Assembly (NCBI GenBank): GCA_039621445.1
Contig: CP154954.1
Coordinates: forward strand, 30,632,395 to 30,696,394
DNA from: Euglena gracilis
Taxonomy: Eukaryota
Length of the DNA stretch: 64,000 bases
Direction of reading: 5' to 3'
The notes beneath the pieces are model-generated. The model was not told where the DNA came from. It ran no database searches and saw nothing but the letters and a program-made list of their open reading frames with translations. This document shows positions 13,001 through 25,560 of this stretch, piece by piece (positions within the stretch are counted from its first letter, which is position 1; each line of letters opens with the position of its first letter). The translations under genes were made by a program, and so were the position numbers.

Positions 13001-13711
13001 TTGCTGAACTTCATCACTGCCTGGTGATGAAGCTGGAGTTCGGGGTCGTCGAGTAGAAGTGGAACTGGGCTGGTCCTTCGGGTTTTCCTCCGCCCCCTCC
13101 ACTTCTGCTCTGACCCGTTCGCTGCTGTCCCAGTTATTATTATTGTTTAAGCCCAGCACATTGACCTGTGCTTGCTTTTCAAAGAAAACTGGGCTGGGGT
13201 TATCACCCCCCTGCCCTGCCGAGGCACTTCCCGTTTCCTTCGCCAGCCCATCTACCTGGGATGGTTGGGAAAACTGCAAAAGTGCCACCAGCTCTTGGGC
13301 TGGTGTTGAAGAAACTGGTTGAGCTGGAGGCAAAGGCAATGCAAAAGCGGGTAATGATGGCAGATTCCCTAAATTTTGCACCCATGAAAAGTCTGGGAGA
13401 GGTTGCAATTCAGGCAGCACAAAACCGTACCCCATACTTTGCAAAGGCAAAACCCCTGAAAAGGGCTCTGGAAAACACGGTTGGTTGGAAATGACAACCT
13501 GGCCATCCCCACCCTGAAGTTCCAACATCTGCCCCATATTTGTGGGGGTTCTGAGTTCAGCCAAACTGGTTTCGGGTCTCAATTCCCTGTGCCCCGAAAC
13601 TCCAATCGTCAGATTTGCCATCTGAGATTGGGCCATTGGCTGATTATCAACGAAAACATTCTGAGCAGGGATTTCCAACCCAAAACTTCCGACTGAAGGC
13701 TGAAGGAAAAA
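10009..13711 (-). pseudogene. gag: gag of B (several frameshifts)
   Basis: Coiled-coil N-terminus, capsid-like ORF 10650-11480, CCHC knuckle CFNCGECGHYFCEC, TAG at 10009-10011. Confidence 0.85.
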
Positions 13712-13724
13712 CCTCTGCTTACCA
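13712..13724 (-). promoter_or_regulatory. Primer binding site of B
   Basis: TGGTAAGCAGAGG directly after the LTR-terminal CA; resembles an initiator-Met tRNA PBS with one extra A. Confidence 0.85.
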
Positions 13725-14821
13725 TGTTTCACACCCGTGCTGCCATGTCCCACGGCAGTACTGGGGTGAAGCGGATACCCCCGCCCCGGGCCAGTTTCCG
13801 GCGTAGGATCGTTTTTTGGCCCCTCGAGCCGACTTGTGTCGGAAATTTTTTCCCATTCTGCACCCCCCTGTGGCCGAAACTGGGCCATCATTTACAAGGA
13901 GAAACTTCCCAGTGGACCCTCCCCGACCCCTGAGGGGGGTGCCACTGAGATCTACAAGGGGGGTGACTTTGGGGTTTCAACCCGTCCCTGCTCAGTTGAA
14001 CCGGTGAGAGCCAACACCCCCCCTGGGTGTCATTTCTCACAGTTTCTGGGCCAAAAAGGGGGTTTTGGGGTGACATTTGGCCAGTGGTTGCCTGAGTTGA
14101 AGAGTCCCACCCCCGTGCCCCTTTTCCCACAGATGAGGTGGGGGGAAGACAAACCTCACCTTCTTCAAATGATTGATTGTTCTCAATTGGACTTTCCATT
14201 TGCAAATGTAATTCCATCACTTGAATTCACAATGATAATTGTTTGTAATTGCAACAATTGACAAGGCCAAGGGGTAAAAAGAGGAAAACCCTGTGAGAGG
14301 AAAATGATTTTAATGCCCCTGATGGGCAGTTAAAATTAGGATTGAGTGCGCTGATTCCTAAGCGCTCTCAGATCCCAAATCCTAGCCCATTGCACCAAAA
14401 TCAACCAACCCAAGTCAAAATCAAGGTTTCCACCCTTGATTTTGATAAATTATGCTGAATTCCATCATTATTGAGCTTTGCAAACCCCTGAAAAAGCTCC
14501 AGGAACTCAGGCGCCAATCTGTTAAAATTTCGTTCCAAGCGCTTGCAAGTGCTCTCACCAAATCCAACATTTTCCCTTAAAACCAAAGGAAAAATGCAGA
14601 AAAGGCTCAAAAACATGCTAAATAGACCCAAAATCACCCTTTGGGAATACCTAGCATCACTCAATCTCTCTCCTTGCACAACCAAACCATGGGCGCCTTA
14701 GGAGAGGGAATTTTAATTGAAATCTTTAGAAAGCCTTAAAATTAGAGCTAAACCGCCCTTACAAAGGCCTTCTAAAAAGAAAAAACTCCGCCGCCCGGCG
14801 GTCGACCTCAAAAGGTCGTCA
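13725..14821 (-). repeat. 5' LTR of element B
   Basis: TG...CA termini; copy of 1774-2870. Confidence 0.95.
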
Positions 14822-17800
14822 CTGGGCCGGCCGTCAAATCCCAACGCCAGCGTGAGCGTGCGGGCAATCTCCCAAGAGCCCCGCACGCCCCCCATACCCA
14901 GCAAGCCCCAAATCTCCCAAGAAGGGGAGAGACCGTGCCCTGAAGCACACGGTCAAGGCGGGGCCCATCAGATTTTGACAAACAACTACTGGCCCGTGCT
15001 ACAGAAGAAGTCCCGTCGTTTCGAGCAACCGTCTGCGGCGCGACCGGTCTCGTCTGCGCAGTCCTCGCCCCCCGCCAAGCCAGCAGCGTCCGTGCCATCG
15101 TCTACGCACAATCGTGCCACCGCGACGCCCCCAGTCCAGCAGCAAGAAAAGCGAGCACCGCGCCAGACCGCACCAAGCCGGACGACGCTTCCCCCGCCAT
15201 CAGCATCGCCGTCAGCGGCACCACGCTCCGCACCCGCAGCAACCAGCGCACCGCTCCCCCCCCATGGCGCACCGTCCTCCCGGGCGGCACCGCAGCCGGC
15301 CGCATCGTCTCCGACAACCACGACGCCAAAGAGGTGGGCACTGGACCTTTTCTGTGGAGCGGGTTCGGTGAAGCGGGCGCTGGAGAAGCTCGGCTACTCC
15401 GTCGTCTCGGTGGACGCCGACCCGCGGTGAAAGGCGGACAAGACGGTGGACGTGCGGCGCTGGCGGTACTGGGAGGAGTACCGGCCCGGCGACTTCCAGC
15501 TGGTCGCCGCCTCGCCGCCGTGCACCGAGTACTCCAGCGCGATGACGACCACGAGGCGGCGGCTGCGGAAGGCCGACTTCCTGGTCCGTAAGACGAAGGT
15601 GATCATCGCCTACCTGCGGCCGTCGCTGTGGTCGCTGGAGAATCCCCGCTATGGGAACCTCCGCCACCGCAAGGTCGTTGAGGACATGCAGTACGTCGAT
15701 GTGGACCACTGCATGTTCGAGGCGTGGGGCTATCGCAAGCCCACACGCTTCTGGATCGCGGACTCCATGGCCCCCATGCAGGACATCGTGGGCCACGGCC
15801 AGTGCGAGAACATCGTGGAGGAGCAAGATGGACGGCGACATCACCGACGGCAGCTGGGTGGGGCATCCAAGCAGCGCGGTACCCGAGAGCAGGCGTATCG
15901 CATTCCCGAAGGTGTCGTCCGATACCTGTGCGAGGGCACCCCACTAACTCGCCAAGCAGCCGTGCCGCCCAGCGCGATACCGCCGTCGCCGGCACCCGCA
16001 CCCGCGTCCGCCACCGCACCGCCAAGCCGGACGGCGCTGCCCCCGCAAGCAGCGGCGCGGTCCCAAGCCCCGCGCCAACGACCGCCATCGTGCACCCGCC
16101 AAGCATCGTGCACCCCCGCCGAGCCGCACAACGATCCACCCGCCGAGCCCGTCACCACCGCCGCCGACGAGCCCCACCCCCCGCGGAAGGTCCACAAGGT
16201 CACTGTCCGTCCGTGGCAGTACCGCCCCAGCCGGCCCTTCCAGGTGGGCCGCATGGAGAGGCGGGGCGGCAGCTATCAGCTGATGCTGGACGTGGTCATC
16301 GAGATCGACGGCCGGGAGGAGAAGGCGAAGGCCTTCATCGACACGGGGGCGCAGACGTCGCTGATCCGTCGGGACTTGTTCCCGAACGGATGTTTCCGCC
16401 GCAGCGAGCGGCCGCTGCTGCTGCGGACCGTGAACGGCGACCTGCTGGCAGGCGGCAGCAACGAGGCGGACGTCCTCCTGGTGTTCAACGCGAGGAGTGA
16501 AGAAGAGAGGAGTGGAGGAGTGAAGAGGTGGCACAGCCAGATCACCGTCCGTGACGGTGATATAGGGTGTGACCTGATTCTGGGTTACCCCTGGCTGAAG
16601 GAGCACAGGCTGGATGTGCAACCCTGGCGGGATGCACTCCAGCTCCACGACGACCCCCGATGGGTAGTCGCCGGCACCGAAGCAAGCGAGATCGCAGCGC
16701 TAAGCACACGCACCCACGCGACCGTCCGAGCCCGCAGCCCGTCGCCGTTGCCCCGCACGCCGTCCGAAGTGGAGGAGGAGATGGAGGCCGAGGTGAGGAA
16801 GATGAGGCTCACCGTCCGGGTTAACGGCCCCGACGGAGACGAGGGGGACGAGGCCCTGGACGCCGAGGAGGAGGCAATGGTGGCCAAGGTGCTGATCGAC
16901 GCGGCCAAGGAGGCGTAGGAAGTCCGTGGGGTGGTCACGGCCGAGGCGGAGGAGCAGCATCCACTGGCCGTCCAGCTGCGCGCCGAGGTGCTCAAGGGGT
17001 TCGAGGGCCGCGTCTTCTGCGACCGCGTGCACCCCGATCCGCCGCCCCGAGGCCAGCACGGGATGGCGGTGCTGCGCCTCAAGCCAAACGCCCAGCCGGT
17101 GGTGGGGAGGGTCATCCACCTGAAGGGCGAGCGGCTGGAGGCGTTGCGGGAGATAGAGGAGGAGTGCCGCCGCGATCGGAAGGTGGAGCGGGGCCGCGGC
17201 CCGTGGCGGGCGGCCGCCTTCCTGTTTCGGAAGAAGAACGGGAAGTGGAGGATGGTGTGTCACTACGCGGTGACGAACCTGCAGATAATGGCGGACAGCT
17301 ACCCCTTGCCCTTGACGGAGGAGATCGTGGCGGAGCAGGCGAAGTGTACCCTCTTCAGCACCATCGACTTGCGGGACGCGTTCCACCAGGTGGCCTTGGC
17401 GGAGGAGAGCCGACCGGTGACGAACGTCCATCTGCTGGGTGGGCTGTGGCAGTGGCGAGTGGTCCCGCTGGGGATCAACGTCGGGCCCGCCCTCCTGCAG
17501 CGGGACATCAACGCCACCTGCGCGGCGGTGAAGGCACACTCCCGCCCGTACTTCGACGACATCATCGTCAGTACGCGGCAGGGAGCGGAGGAGACGGACG
17601 AGGAGTTCTACCAGAAGCACGCCCGAGACGTCCGTGTGACGTTGCTGGCCTTGGAGAAGGACAGATAGGTCAGCGACATCCGCAAGGTCAAGCTCTTCAT
17701 GAGGCCGGTCGAGTTCGTGGGGCATGTCCTGGGGCACGGCAGGAGGGCGCCGGCCCCTGGCAAACTGTAGGCGGTGCAGCACTGGCAGCTGCCGCCGACG

Positions 17801-20380
17801 GTCAGCAGTCTCCGCGCGTTTCTCGGTGTCTGCAATTACTATGCGGGCTACGTGAGACTGTACGCGGAGCTGGCGGCGTCGTTTCAGGAGAAGCTGAAGT
17901 TGCCGAGGGAGCTGACCAAGGCGGGATCCAAGCACCCAGTGGTGTGGACGGAGCAGGAGAAGGAGGCGTTCGACAAGCTGAAGAAGGCCCTCATCGCCGA
18001 CCTGGAGCTGTACCACATCGATCCAGCCAAGCCGTTCGTCCTGCGCACCGACGCGTCGGACTACGCCATCGGAGCGGTGCTGGAGCAGTTCCCGAAGATC
18101 GACGGCGTGCCGCGGGTGGAGGACCTGCGGCCAGGGGCCTCCGTCTCGGTGGCCTTCATGTCCCGGAAGCTCACCGAGGGGCAGCGTCTTCGGTGGGATG
18201 TCCGGGACAAGGAGACGTATGCCGTGGTGGCCGCCCTCGACGAGTGGGCGGGCTTCCTGCTGGGCAACGAGATCCTCGGCCTGACCGACCACCGCAACCT
18301 GGAGTCGTGGTACAAGGAGTACGTCGCCGGAGTGGGCCCGCAGGGGAGGCGGGCCAGATGGCATGCGAAGCTCATTGAGTTCCGCATCACCGTGGTGCAC
18401 GTCCCCGGCGAGACCAACGTGGTGGGCGATGCCATGTCCCGCTGGGCCTACCCGGCCTCACAAGGCTGGCGTGACACCTCGTGGCACGGCACCGAGGCCG
18501 ACACAAAGGAGATGAAGGCCCACATCCTGGAGGAGAAGCTGCGCGAGAAGTCCACCCCAAAGGCGGTGCATCCCGAGGACGAGGAGACCAAGGCGGAGCA
18601 GGTGGAGAGGTCAACCCTGAAGGAGGGGAGAGAGCTGGCCGTCATCCAGCTGATCCGGCTCCAGTCGTTAGCCGCGGTTCCGTCAGCGTCCCACGTCGCT
18701 GTCACCACGCGCAGCCGCCTCGACACGCAGCGCAACGCCCGAGACGCCCCAGCAGACGCCCTGCACGATACGCGATCCGAGCATCCACGCGAGATGCACC
18801 CGTCAGCCTCGTCTCCCGCGAGCGCAGCAGTCCCACAGTCGGCATCGTCTGCGGCAGTCACACCGTCTGCGTCGTGCATCGCATCACCAGCGTCCGTGCC
18901 AGCACCATCGTCCAACGCGCCATCGCCAGCCCCATCACCAGCACCGCAGTCCACCGCACCGCAGTCCATCGCACTGCCCGCGGCGCCCACAGCCGGTGTG
19001 TCATCACCGGCCATGCCCGTCCCAGCGTCCGCAGCCGGTGTGCCGTCACTGGCCGCGTCAGTCCCGTCTGCAGCACCCGCAGCAGGTGTGCCGTCAACCG
19101 CTGATCCCGTGCCCCCGCAGCCTGACCAGGACATCAACGTCTTCGACATGGACTGGAGCAAGGCGTATGCGGTGTGCCCGCGCTGGAAGCCCGTCTGGGA
19201 CCAGGCCCACAACGGCCCGGGCTGGCCCAGCGGGTTCCAGCCGGTGGATGGGCGGCTCGTCTCGGCGGGGAGGTGGTGTGTGCCGAGCGGGCTGCTGGCG
19301 GAGGTGCTGAGGGAGCAGCACTCGGTCTCCGGCCACATTGGCGGGGACCGGCTGGTGGAGGAGGCCGAGCGCACCTACGTCTTCGCGGACCGGATGGAGG
19401 CGGCGAAGGTGGCCGGCGGGCTGCCGCGGACGTGCCCGGTGTGCCAGGCCACCGAGCACCCGCACCAGCCGCTGCGGCTGAAGGTCTGCCCGACGCCCGT
19501 CCCGCCGTACGTCATGGCGTCGGTGGCCATCGACCTCTTCGTGATGCCGGAGGTGGACTTCGAGGGGCAGCTGTACAACGTGTTCGCCGCCTGCGTCGAT
19601 CGCCACAGTGGGTGGGTCGTGGCCACGGCCCACCACACGCGCGGCCTCACCGCCGCCACCGTGGCCAAGGCGATGTACCGGGGGTGGTGGTCGCCGTACG
19701 GGCTGCCCAGGGTGATCACGAGTGATCGCGGGCCGCATTTTGCTTGTGCGTGGTGGCGCAGCATGTGCGGCCTGCACGGCATCCACCACGCCTACGCCCA
19801 GGCGTACCACCACGCGGCGAACGGGCGGGCGGAGTCCCTCCGTGCGCAGCTGCAGAAGCGGATCCGGAGCGAGAAGGCCGAGGCCCCGATCACCTGGGTG
19901 GAGTCCCTGCCCAGGGCAGTGCAGAAGCTGAACGACTCCAAGGCGCAGCACGGCCTGAGTCCGTACGAGGTGCTGTATGGACGGCATCGGGGGACTGGTG
20001 GCGTACCGTACAAGGCCCCGGTCATGGTGGAGGATGCCGTGTCGTTCTTCGAGAGACAGAAGGCCGTGGACCAGAAGGTCGCCGAACCGGAGCAGGAAGG
20101 ACCTCGAGGAGTTCGCCAAGGGAGACCTCGTCTGGTACCTCCGGCCCCCGAGGCGGCCGGGCCAGAAGCTCGAGAGCTACTGGATTGGCCCAGCCCGGCT
20201 CACCGCGCGCCGTGGCGAGCACTCGTACGAGCTGGAGCTGGAGGAGGGCCGCCGCCAAGAGGCCCACCGCTGCCAGCTGAAGGCCTGCCGCGATGACACG
20301 CGGTTGTGGGGCCCGCCTAAGATGTTCGCCTACCGGCAAGCCAGACCGCAGGAAGACGTGCACATCCGGGAGTGGACGGC
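14822..20380 (+). pseudogene. pol: pol of element A: C5-MTase-PR-RT-RH-INT (scattered stops, truncated at the chromodomain start)
   Basis: FIDTGAQ, IDLRDAFHQ, YFDD, TDASDYAIG, HSVSGH..CPVC, ITSDRGPHF, ANGRAE, WIGP. Confidence 0.95.
15331..15930 (+). pseudogene. DNA cytosine-C5 methyltransferase domain of A
   Basis: WALDLFCGAGS, ASPPCTEYS, LENPR, YRKPTRFW; one in-frame TGA at 15428. Confidence 0.9.
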
Positions 20381-21260
20381 CAGCCAGGCCCCCCCAGGGG
20401 GAACCGAAGCCACCCCCCCCCCCAGGGGGAACCGAAGCCAGCCAGTCCCCCCCACCCAGGGGGAACCGAAGCACCCCCCCCCCAGGGGAACCGAAGCCAG
20501 CCAGGCCCCCCCCAGGGGGAACCGAAGCCCCCCCCCCCCCCCCCCCAGGGGGAACCGAAACCAGCCAGCCCCCCCCCCAGGGGGAACCTAAGCAAGCCCC
20601 CCCCCCAGGGGGCACCGAACAGCCAAAGCCCCCAGGGGGCACCAGCAAGACGAGAGGCCCCAGAGGGACACCGAGCCAAGGCCCCCCAGAGGGCCACCGA
20701 GAGGCCCCAGAGGACCACCGAGCCAGGACCCCCCCCCAGGGGGCCCCAGAGGCACCCGAGCCAGGACCCCCCTCCCGGGGGCCCAGAGGCCACAAACCCA
20801 AGACCGCCCCCCCCCGGGGGCCCAGAGGCCACCAACCAAGGCCGCCCCCCCCCAGGGGGCCCAGAGATCACGACCAAAGACCCCCCACACACCAAGGCAG
20901 AAGACCCCACGGGGACCCCCCGGGCAAAAAAACAGCCCCCCGGACCCCCCCGAACAAAACAAAAAAAAAGCCCCCCGGACCCCCCCCGAAAAAAAAAGCG
21001 CCCCCCCAAGGGGCGCCCACACCCACCGGAGCCCCAGAGCGCTAAGCGAGAACCGAAGAGGGCGCAAGGAGCACCCCCCCCCCAGAGCGCCACAGGAGAA
21101 CCGAGCAAGCGCAAGGGAGAGAAAGGCACGCCCACCCCCCGCCCAGCCAGCCGAAGGAAGCCAGGCAGGGGGCAAATGAGGCGAGCCGAAGAGACCCCCC
21201 AGGCACCAGAAAGACCCAAGGGAGCCCAAGGTACCGCCCCCCCCCCCAACCAGCCGGGGA
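20380..21260 (+). repeat. GC-rich degenerate minisatellite
   Basis: Units like ccccccagggggaaccgaagcc(agccagg) with variable homopolymer lengths. Confidence 0.9.
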
Positions 21261-23300
21261 GCCCACCGCCCCCCCGAATGGCTCAACGCTCCGGGCTCTG
21301 CCCCCAGCCTGCAGGTCGGCGCGGCGCGGCTGCCAAGCCACCCAGCAGGACTGCGGCCCCCGCCCAGAGCCCGGAGGAGTTCCACCCCCTCCCAAGGCGC
21401 CGACAGGAGCCTGCGGCCGGCCTGCCAGCAGACCGCCCGGGGACCAACGCCAGCCCCCGACCAGGCTCCTGTGGCGCGCGAGGCCACACACGAGGGGCGC
21501 CCCCGGGCGCCAAACGCCAAAGGCCAAGGCCACACCCCTGCCCTCCGTATACCCGAACCGCCCTGACGTTTGTTTGTACGATTCGTTCACTTCGCCAATG
21601 AGGTGCGCACCGCCCCCCGCTCCCGCCTCCGAGGTTAGCCGAAGGCAGGCGAGGCTGGGCGCCTCGGTAGGAAGGGGAGTGTGGGCGGCGGGAGGCGGCC
21701 TGGCGCCTGCGCACTGGAATTAGCGAATTTTCTGCCCCATTCCGCTACCTTTTTTACCTGTGTACTTTTCCCCCCCAGGTTCTCTCTTCCGAACGTTTCA
21801 TTAAAAGAATTGTGCATGCTGAAGGAAGGAATTTCAAAAATTGAATCTGAGTTCAACGAAACAATTGTCCAAGGAGTTCAAAAAGTCAATACGGAAGGTC
21901 AATCAAAAGACAAAAATTCAAACTCAAAAAAGGAAGAGCAAGCGTCGCTGGGAATCAAGGTGAAGGTGTTCTTCCGTCCCCCCCGCTACCCTTTTTTAAA
22001 TTCAATCCAGGCTTTTCCTCCCCCCCCCCCTACTGCTTCAGAGGTACTCCCAAGGAGTTGGCCAAAAATACCGTTCCCCCCCCCCAATATTTGAATTATT
22101 TGGCTGCCGGAACCAAGGTTCTGGCTGAAGTCAGGGACCGAAAGACACAAAAAAAGGGAATTTTTGGGGCGCGTGTGCCTATTTTTACTGGAGCGCCGGA
22201 TGACTCTTTTCCCCCACTCGGCCTGCCGGGGAGCCCATTCGGCGCACGGTCACCGAACCGGCGAGAGGGGAAAACTCAACTTGATGCTCCCTCGATCCGT
22301 GGCCGTCGTCAACTCGATGTTCTCTCGGTCTACTGCGGCCGTCGTCCTCTCGATGTTATCTTGGCCCACCGCGGCCGTCGTCTAGTCGACGTTTTCTCGG
22401 TCGACCGCGGCCGCCGTCTAATCAATATTGAGCGAAAGGACCCATGGGGTTATACTCCAAACCTGAACGTCCTGCACGAGATTCATCAGAAAAGACCTAC
22501 CCCTGAGGTGGGCATGTTTATGCACCCCGAGCAACAAAAACAATTGTCAAGTTTCTTCGTGGATGCCGCAACGAGAGGGTTTTCTAGTGGATGCAGTGAC
22601 GGCGGATTTAAGGGGCCTCCCGCCACTTTATGCAAACCCTCCCTGGAGCATCATTCCAAAGGGAGGGCCAACGTCATATAACAAGTAATCAGTCTGTTTT
22701 TGAACCTCTTTCGAATAAAATACTAATATGGGTTCGGCACATTTGCTTGAATTTGACCATGAAACAACAGCTACTCTGGTGCTGTGGGTGTACAATGGGT
22801 GGTGCCCACCCCCCTTTCCCAAACTTCAAAAAAATATGGCCCAAAGGGGAGTGGTGCACAGTTAACCACCACCTCGCACGGCCACGACACAGGAAAGGAG
22901 ATGAAGGCACGGGAAGGGCGAAACACATGAAGATGGTGAGGTCAGCGCTCCCGCCCATAAAGACACCTTATAAAGATAGATGTCTCACCCAGAACGTTGG
23001 CCCCCTCCAAAGCACCCCAAACCCCCCACCCCGAAAAAAAACCAATAGGAGCCAAAAATCCCCGCCAGCGCAGAATGCGCCCAGCAAGCGTCCATATGAG
23101 AGGGGGGTAACAGTTCAGCTTCGCAAAGGTGTCAAAGGAAGCCTCATCACCGCCAACTCCGGCAACAACGGAACAGTAAGAAACACCCACCTGCACACCA
23201 AACACACCTAGAACAGAACAGCCGGCAAAGAAAGCAGGACCTCACCATCTTCTTGTGCTTTGCTCTCACGGTCCCTTCCTCCCCCTCCCTGTGTGCAGCA
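21260..23300 (+). mobile_element. Internally deleted DIRS-like fragment (5' region, N6A-MTase remnant, terminal inverted repeat)
   Basis: Shares motifs with 57950-58400 (-). LYANPPWSIIP near 22625-22660. Inverted repeat ~22903-22943 / ~23239-23279. Confidence 0.65.
22291..22425. repeat. 36-bp tandem repeat, ~4 copies
   Basis: gcggccgtcgtc..tcgatgtt units at a 36-bp period. Confidence 0.8.
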
Positions 23301-23312
23301 AGTCAGAGTCTC

Positions 23313-25365
23313 TTACTTCCCCTTCCTGTGTCGTGGGAGTCCGAAAGAGCCCTCGGGCAGCAGAAACTGGGGTCCAGGGGAGCAAAGGCGGGGACCAGCA
23401 GGATTGGGAGGGACCCCAAAATGCACCTTACTTCTATATATTTTGTAAGGTGCCAACATACTACCATGACACGGAACCTTTGGCCACCAAGCCAGTGATA
23501 AAACGTATAATACTGTAAGCAATACCGGCCTGTCTGCTTGCAAATTGAAAAGGCTGTATTAAACTGTCAACCACCTGGTCAGTGGTGGATCCATGGGGTG
23601 GGGCAACCCCATTTTCTGCAGAATCACCTGTAAAAGATTAAAAGCGTTTTGATAACGCTTTACACGGGGGTTCCTTCCGAGGGAATCGTTAATGGTCTCA
23701 TTTTGTATTTGTTCCCTTCCATAATTTGCCTGAGCAAAAGAACGGGTCACCTAGAGGTTGTCAGTTTTTCTCCCCTGCACCTTTTCAGGGGCTGGGTCCC
23801 TGGTACTTTAATTTATATTAAGTGGCCACCAGGTGGTGGAATCCCAGCAGGGGGTTACCTTCAAAACGTTTGTCTGTGAAAACGTTTTTTATTTTGGGAA
23901 GAATTTCTTATTTACTGACGGGGGGTTGCATAATGGTCCCCCATATTGTGCAGGGGATCTTGCAGTGCCATACATTGCCGATCTCTCCCAGTACGACCAC
24001 CTGGCCACAAAATAGAGGAGATATTTGCTGCCTGGGGAGGCGCATATATCTTTTTTCAAACCTATGAACTTCTTTGAAATGTTTGTTATGCCATTGAAAA
24101 AGTCAGGGGTATTAGTGTCACTTTCCCATCTTCTGACGAGGTCTGCAAGACGCAGTTTTGAAGGCCCCCAGTTTGCAATGTTATAGCACAAAGTGCATCA
24201 ATAAGCACACTAAACAGCCTAAGACAATCAGGAGAAGCAGTTCTACTTTCAGTAGACAATCACGTAACTCATTAATACCTGAAAAAGGAGGGAGGCAGAA
24301 AAGGACCCTTCTTTTCCCTCCAAAATGACTTCACAACGTGTCCTGTATGGACGTCTTATCCCCCCCAGGCGTGTATGCTGTTGTCTGACTGAAACGCCCT
24401 GGTAGCATTTTGGGAGAAGGTTCTTTCCTCTCCTGTGTTTGGTAGTATTTTAATTTCCGTTAACTGGGAGTTGTAACGTGTGAAATACGACGTGTTTTTT
24501 TTCCAAGGGGGCTGTGTAAAGTTTTGCAGGAAAATTGGCCACAGCATCCGTAAAAGCTCCGAGAAAGAGCAGGGCAAGTAGGTTGGACCTGATTTGTCCC
24601 AAAACGGCAGCCAGCTGCCTTTTTGACATGACGTCCTTTTTAAAAAATTTTGTCTTTTTGTGGGGGTGTTTGTAACGTTCCTTCCTGGAATTTTTGTCAC
24701 ATCTCCAGGTGATTTACAATTTGTCTGGGTTCCACGGTTGACTTTTTGCATTGATTTTTAACACTGCTCTGGGAAAATCCACGACCACTGTGTTCACGTG
24801 ATTTCGGCGTGTTTGTGTGGTGGGGCCACCACCAAAATGTGTAGCTCGAGGCCCGTTTTTCTCGACAACTTTTCGAAAGTTTTCATGACTCCCGTTTTCA
24901 TGACAAATTTGGGGCACTAAGTTCAGTCCAAAGCAGCTGGTTGGAACTCCCAAGTTTACTCCCCGCCCCCCAGCTGATGCCTCAATAAAAACCTTAAGGC
25001 TTGGCTCATGGCTACCTGAAAGTAGTCATCACTTAAGTCTGATTTGACTGCCCACTGCCCACTTTCCAGACGTGATCCAGCTTGAAAGGTTTTACTTAAA
25101 ACTTATGTGTTATTCCCCTGTAGTCGCTTATGAACCTACATTTGCCCCCCCCCCTCTGGCTTTAAAAATAGAGACCATTTTCCTGTGTCCTGAAACTTCT
25201 TTATGGATCCAGACGTTTCGTAATCCAAAAGGATTTTTTTCCGCTCGAGTCAGGTTTAGGTTTGCCCTTAAATTTGGGTGGGTGGACTGTTTTGGGTTTC
25301 TCTCCCAGGGGGGTTGGATGCCATCCTTGGTTAGTCGACAGGTTTCTGGGGGGGGGGGGGTCAGT
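23313..25365 (-). mobile_element. Heavily decayed DIRS-like element I (RT/RH/MTase/YR start)
   Basis: Colinear similarity to element F, e.g. VMKTFEK, ASPGSK..FVARW, RNPRVKRYQNAF. Confidence 0.8.
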
Positions 25366-25560
25366 TGTGTACCAGGTTGCCATAATGCCATGACACTTTG
25401 TACCAGATACAATCTGTCTACGGCTTACAATCTGACTACGGCCCAGCTGTACACAGTACTATGGTTAAGCATAAGACAAAGAGAGACTCCCATTCTGAGA
25501 GCGAGAGCTTAACAAGCTTAGTGGTTCCCAATTCAAGGTTCCGTGGTTTGGTGCTTTGCA
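25366..25560 (+). repeat. 5' LTR-like repeat of element J
   Basis: TG...CA, ~195 bp, diverged direct copy at 34861-35055. Confidence 0.75.

Larger units (their letters stand above)
1774..14821 (-). mobile_element. Full-length Ty3/Gypsy chromovirus-like LTR retrotransposon B carrying a C5-MTase
   Basis: Paired 1097-bp LTRs, PBS, PPT, TSD CTGG (1770-1773 / 14822-14825). Domain order gag-MTase-PR-RT-RH-INT-chromo. Confidence 0.95.

Noticed and set aside
13720-13725. ATG at the LTR/PBS junction as the gag start
   Set aside because: It arises automatically from LTR-terminal CA plus PBS TGG; no independent support.
16700-18400. 566-aa antisense ORF (also 60361-61587)
   Set aside because: Shadow frames of GC3-rich pol coding sequence.
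20022-21601. Long Pro/Gly-rich ORFs on both strands
   Set aside because: They are products of a stop-poor GC minisatellite.
22291-22425. CRISPR-like periodic repeat
   Set aside because: Contiguous degenerate 36-bp units with no unique spacers and no cas genes.
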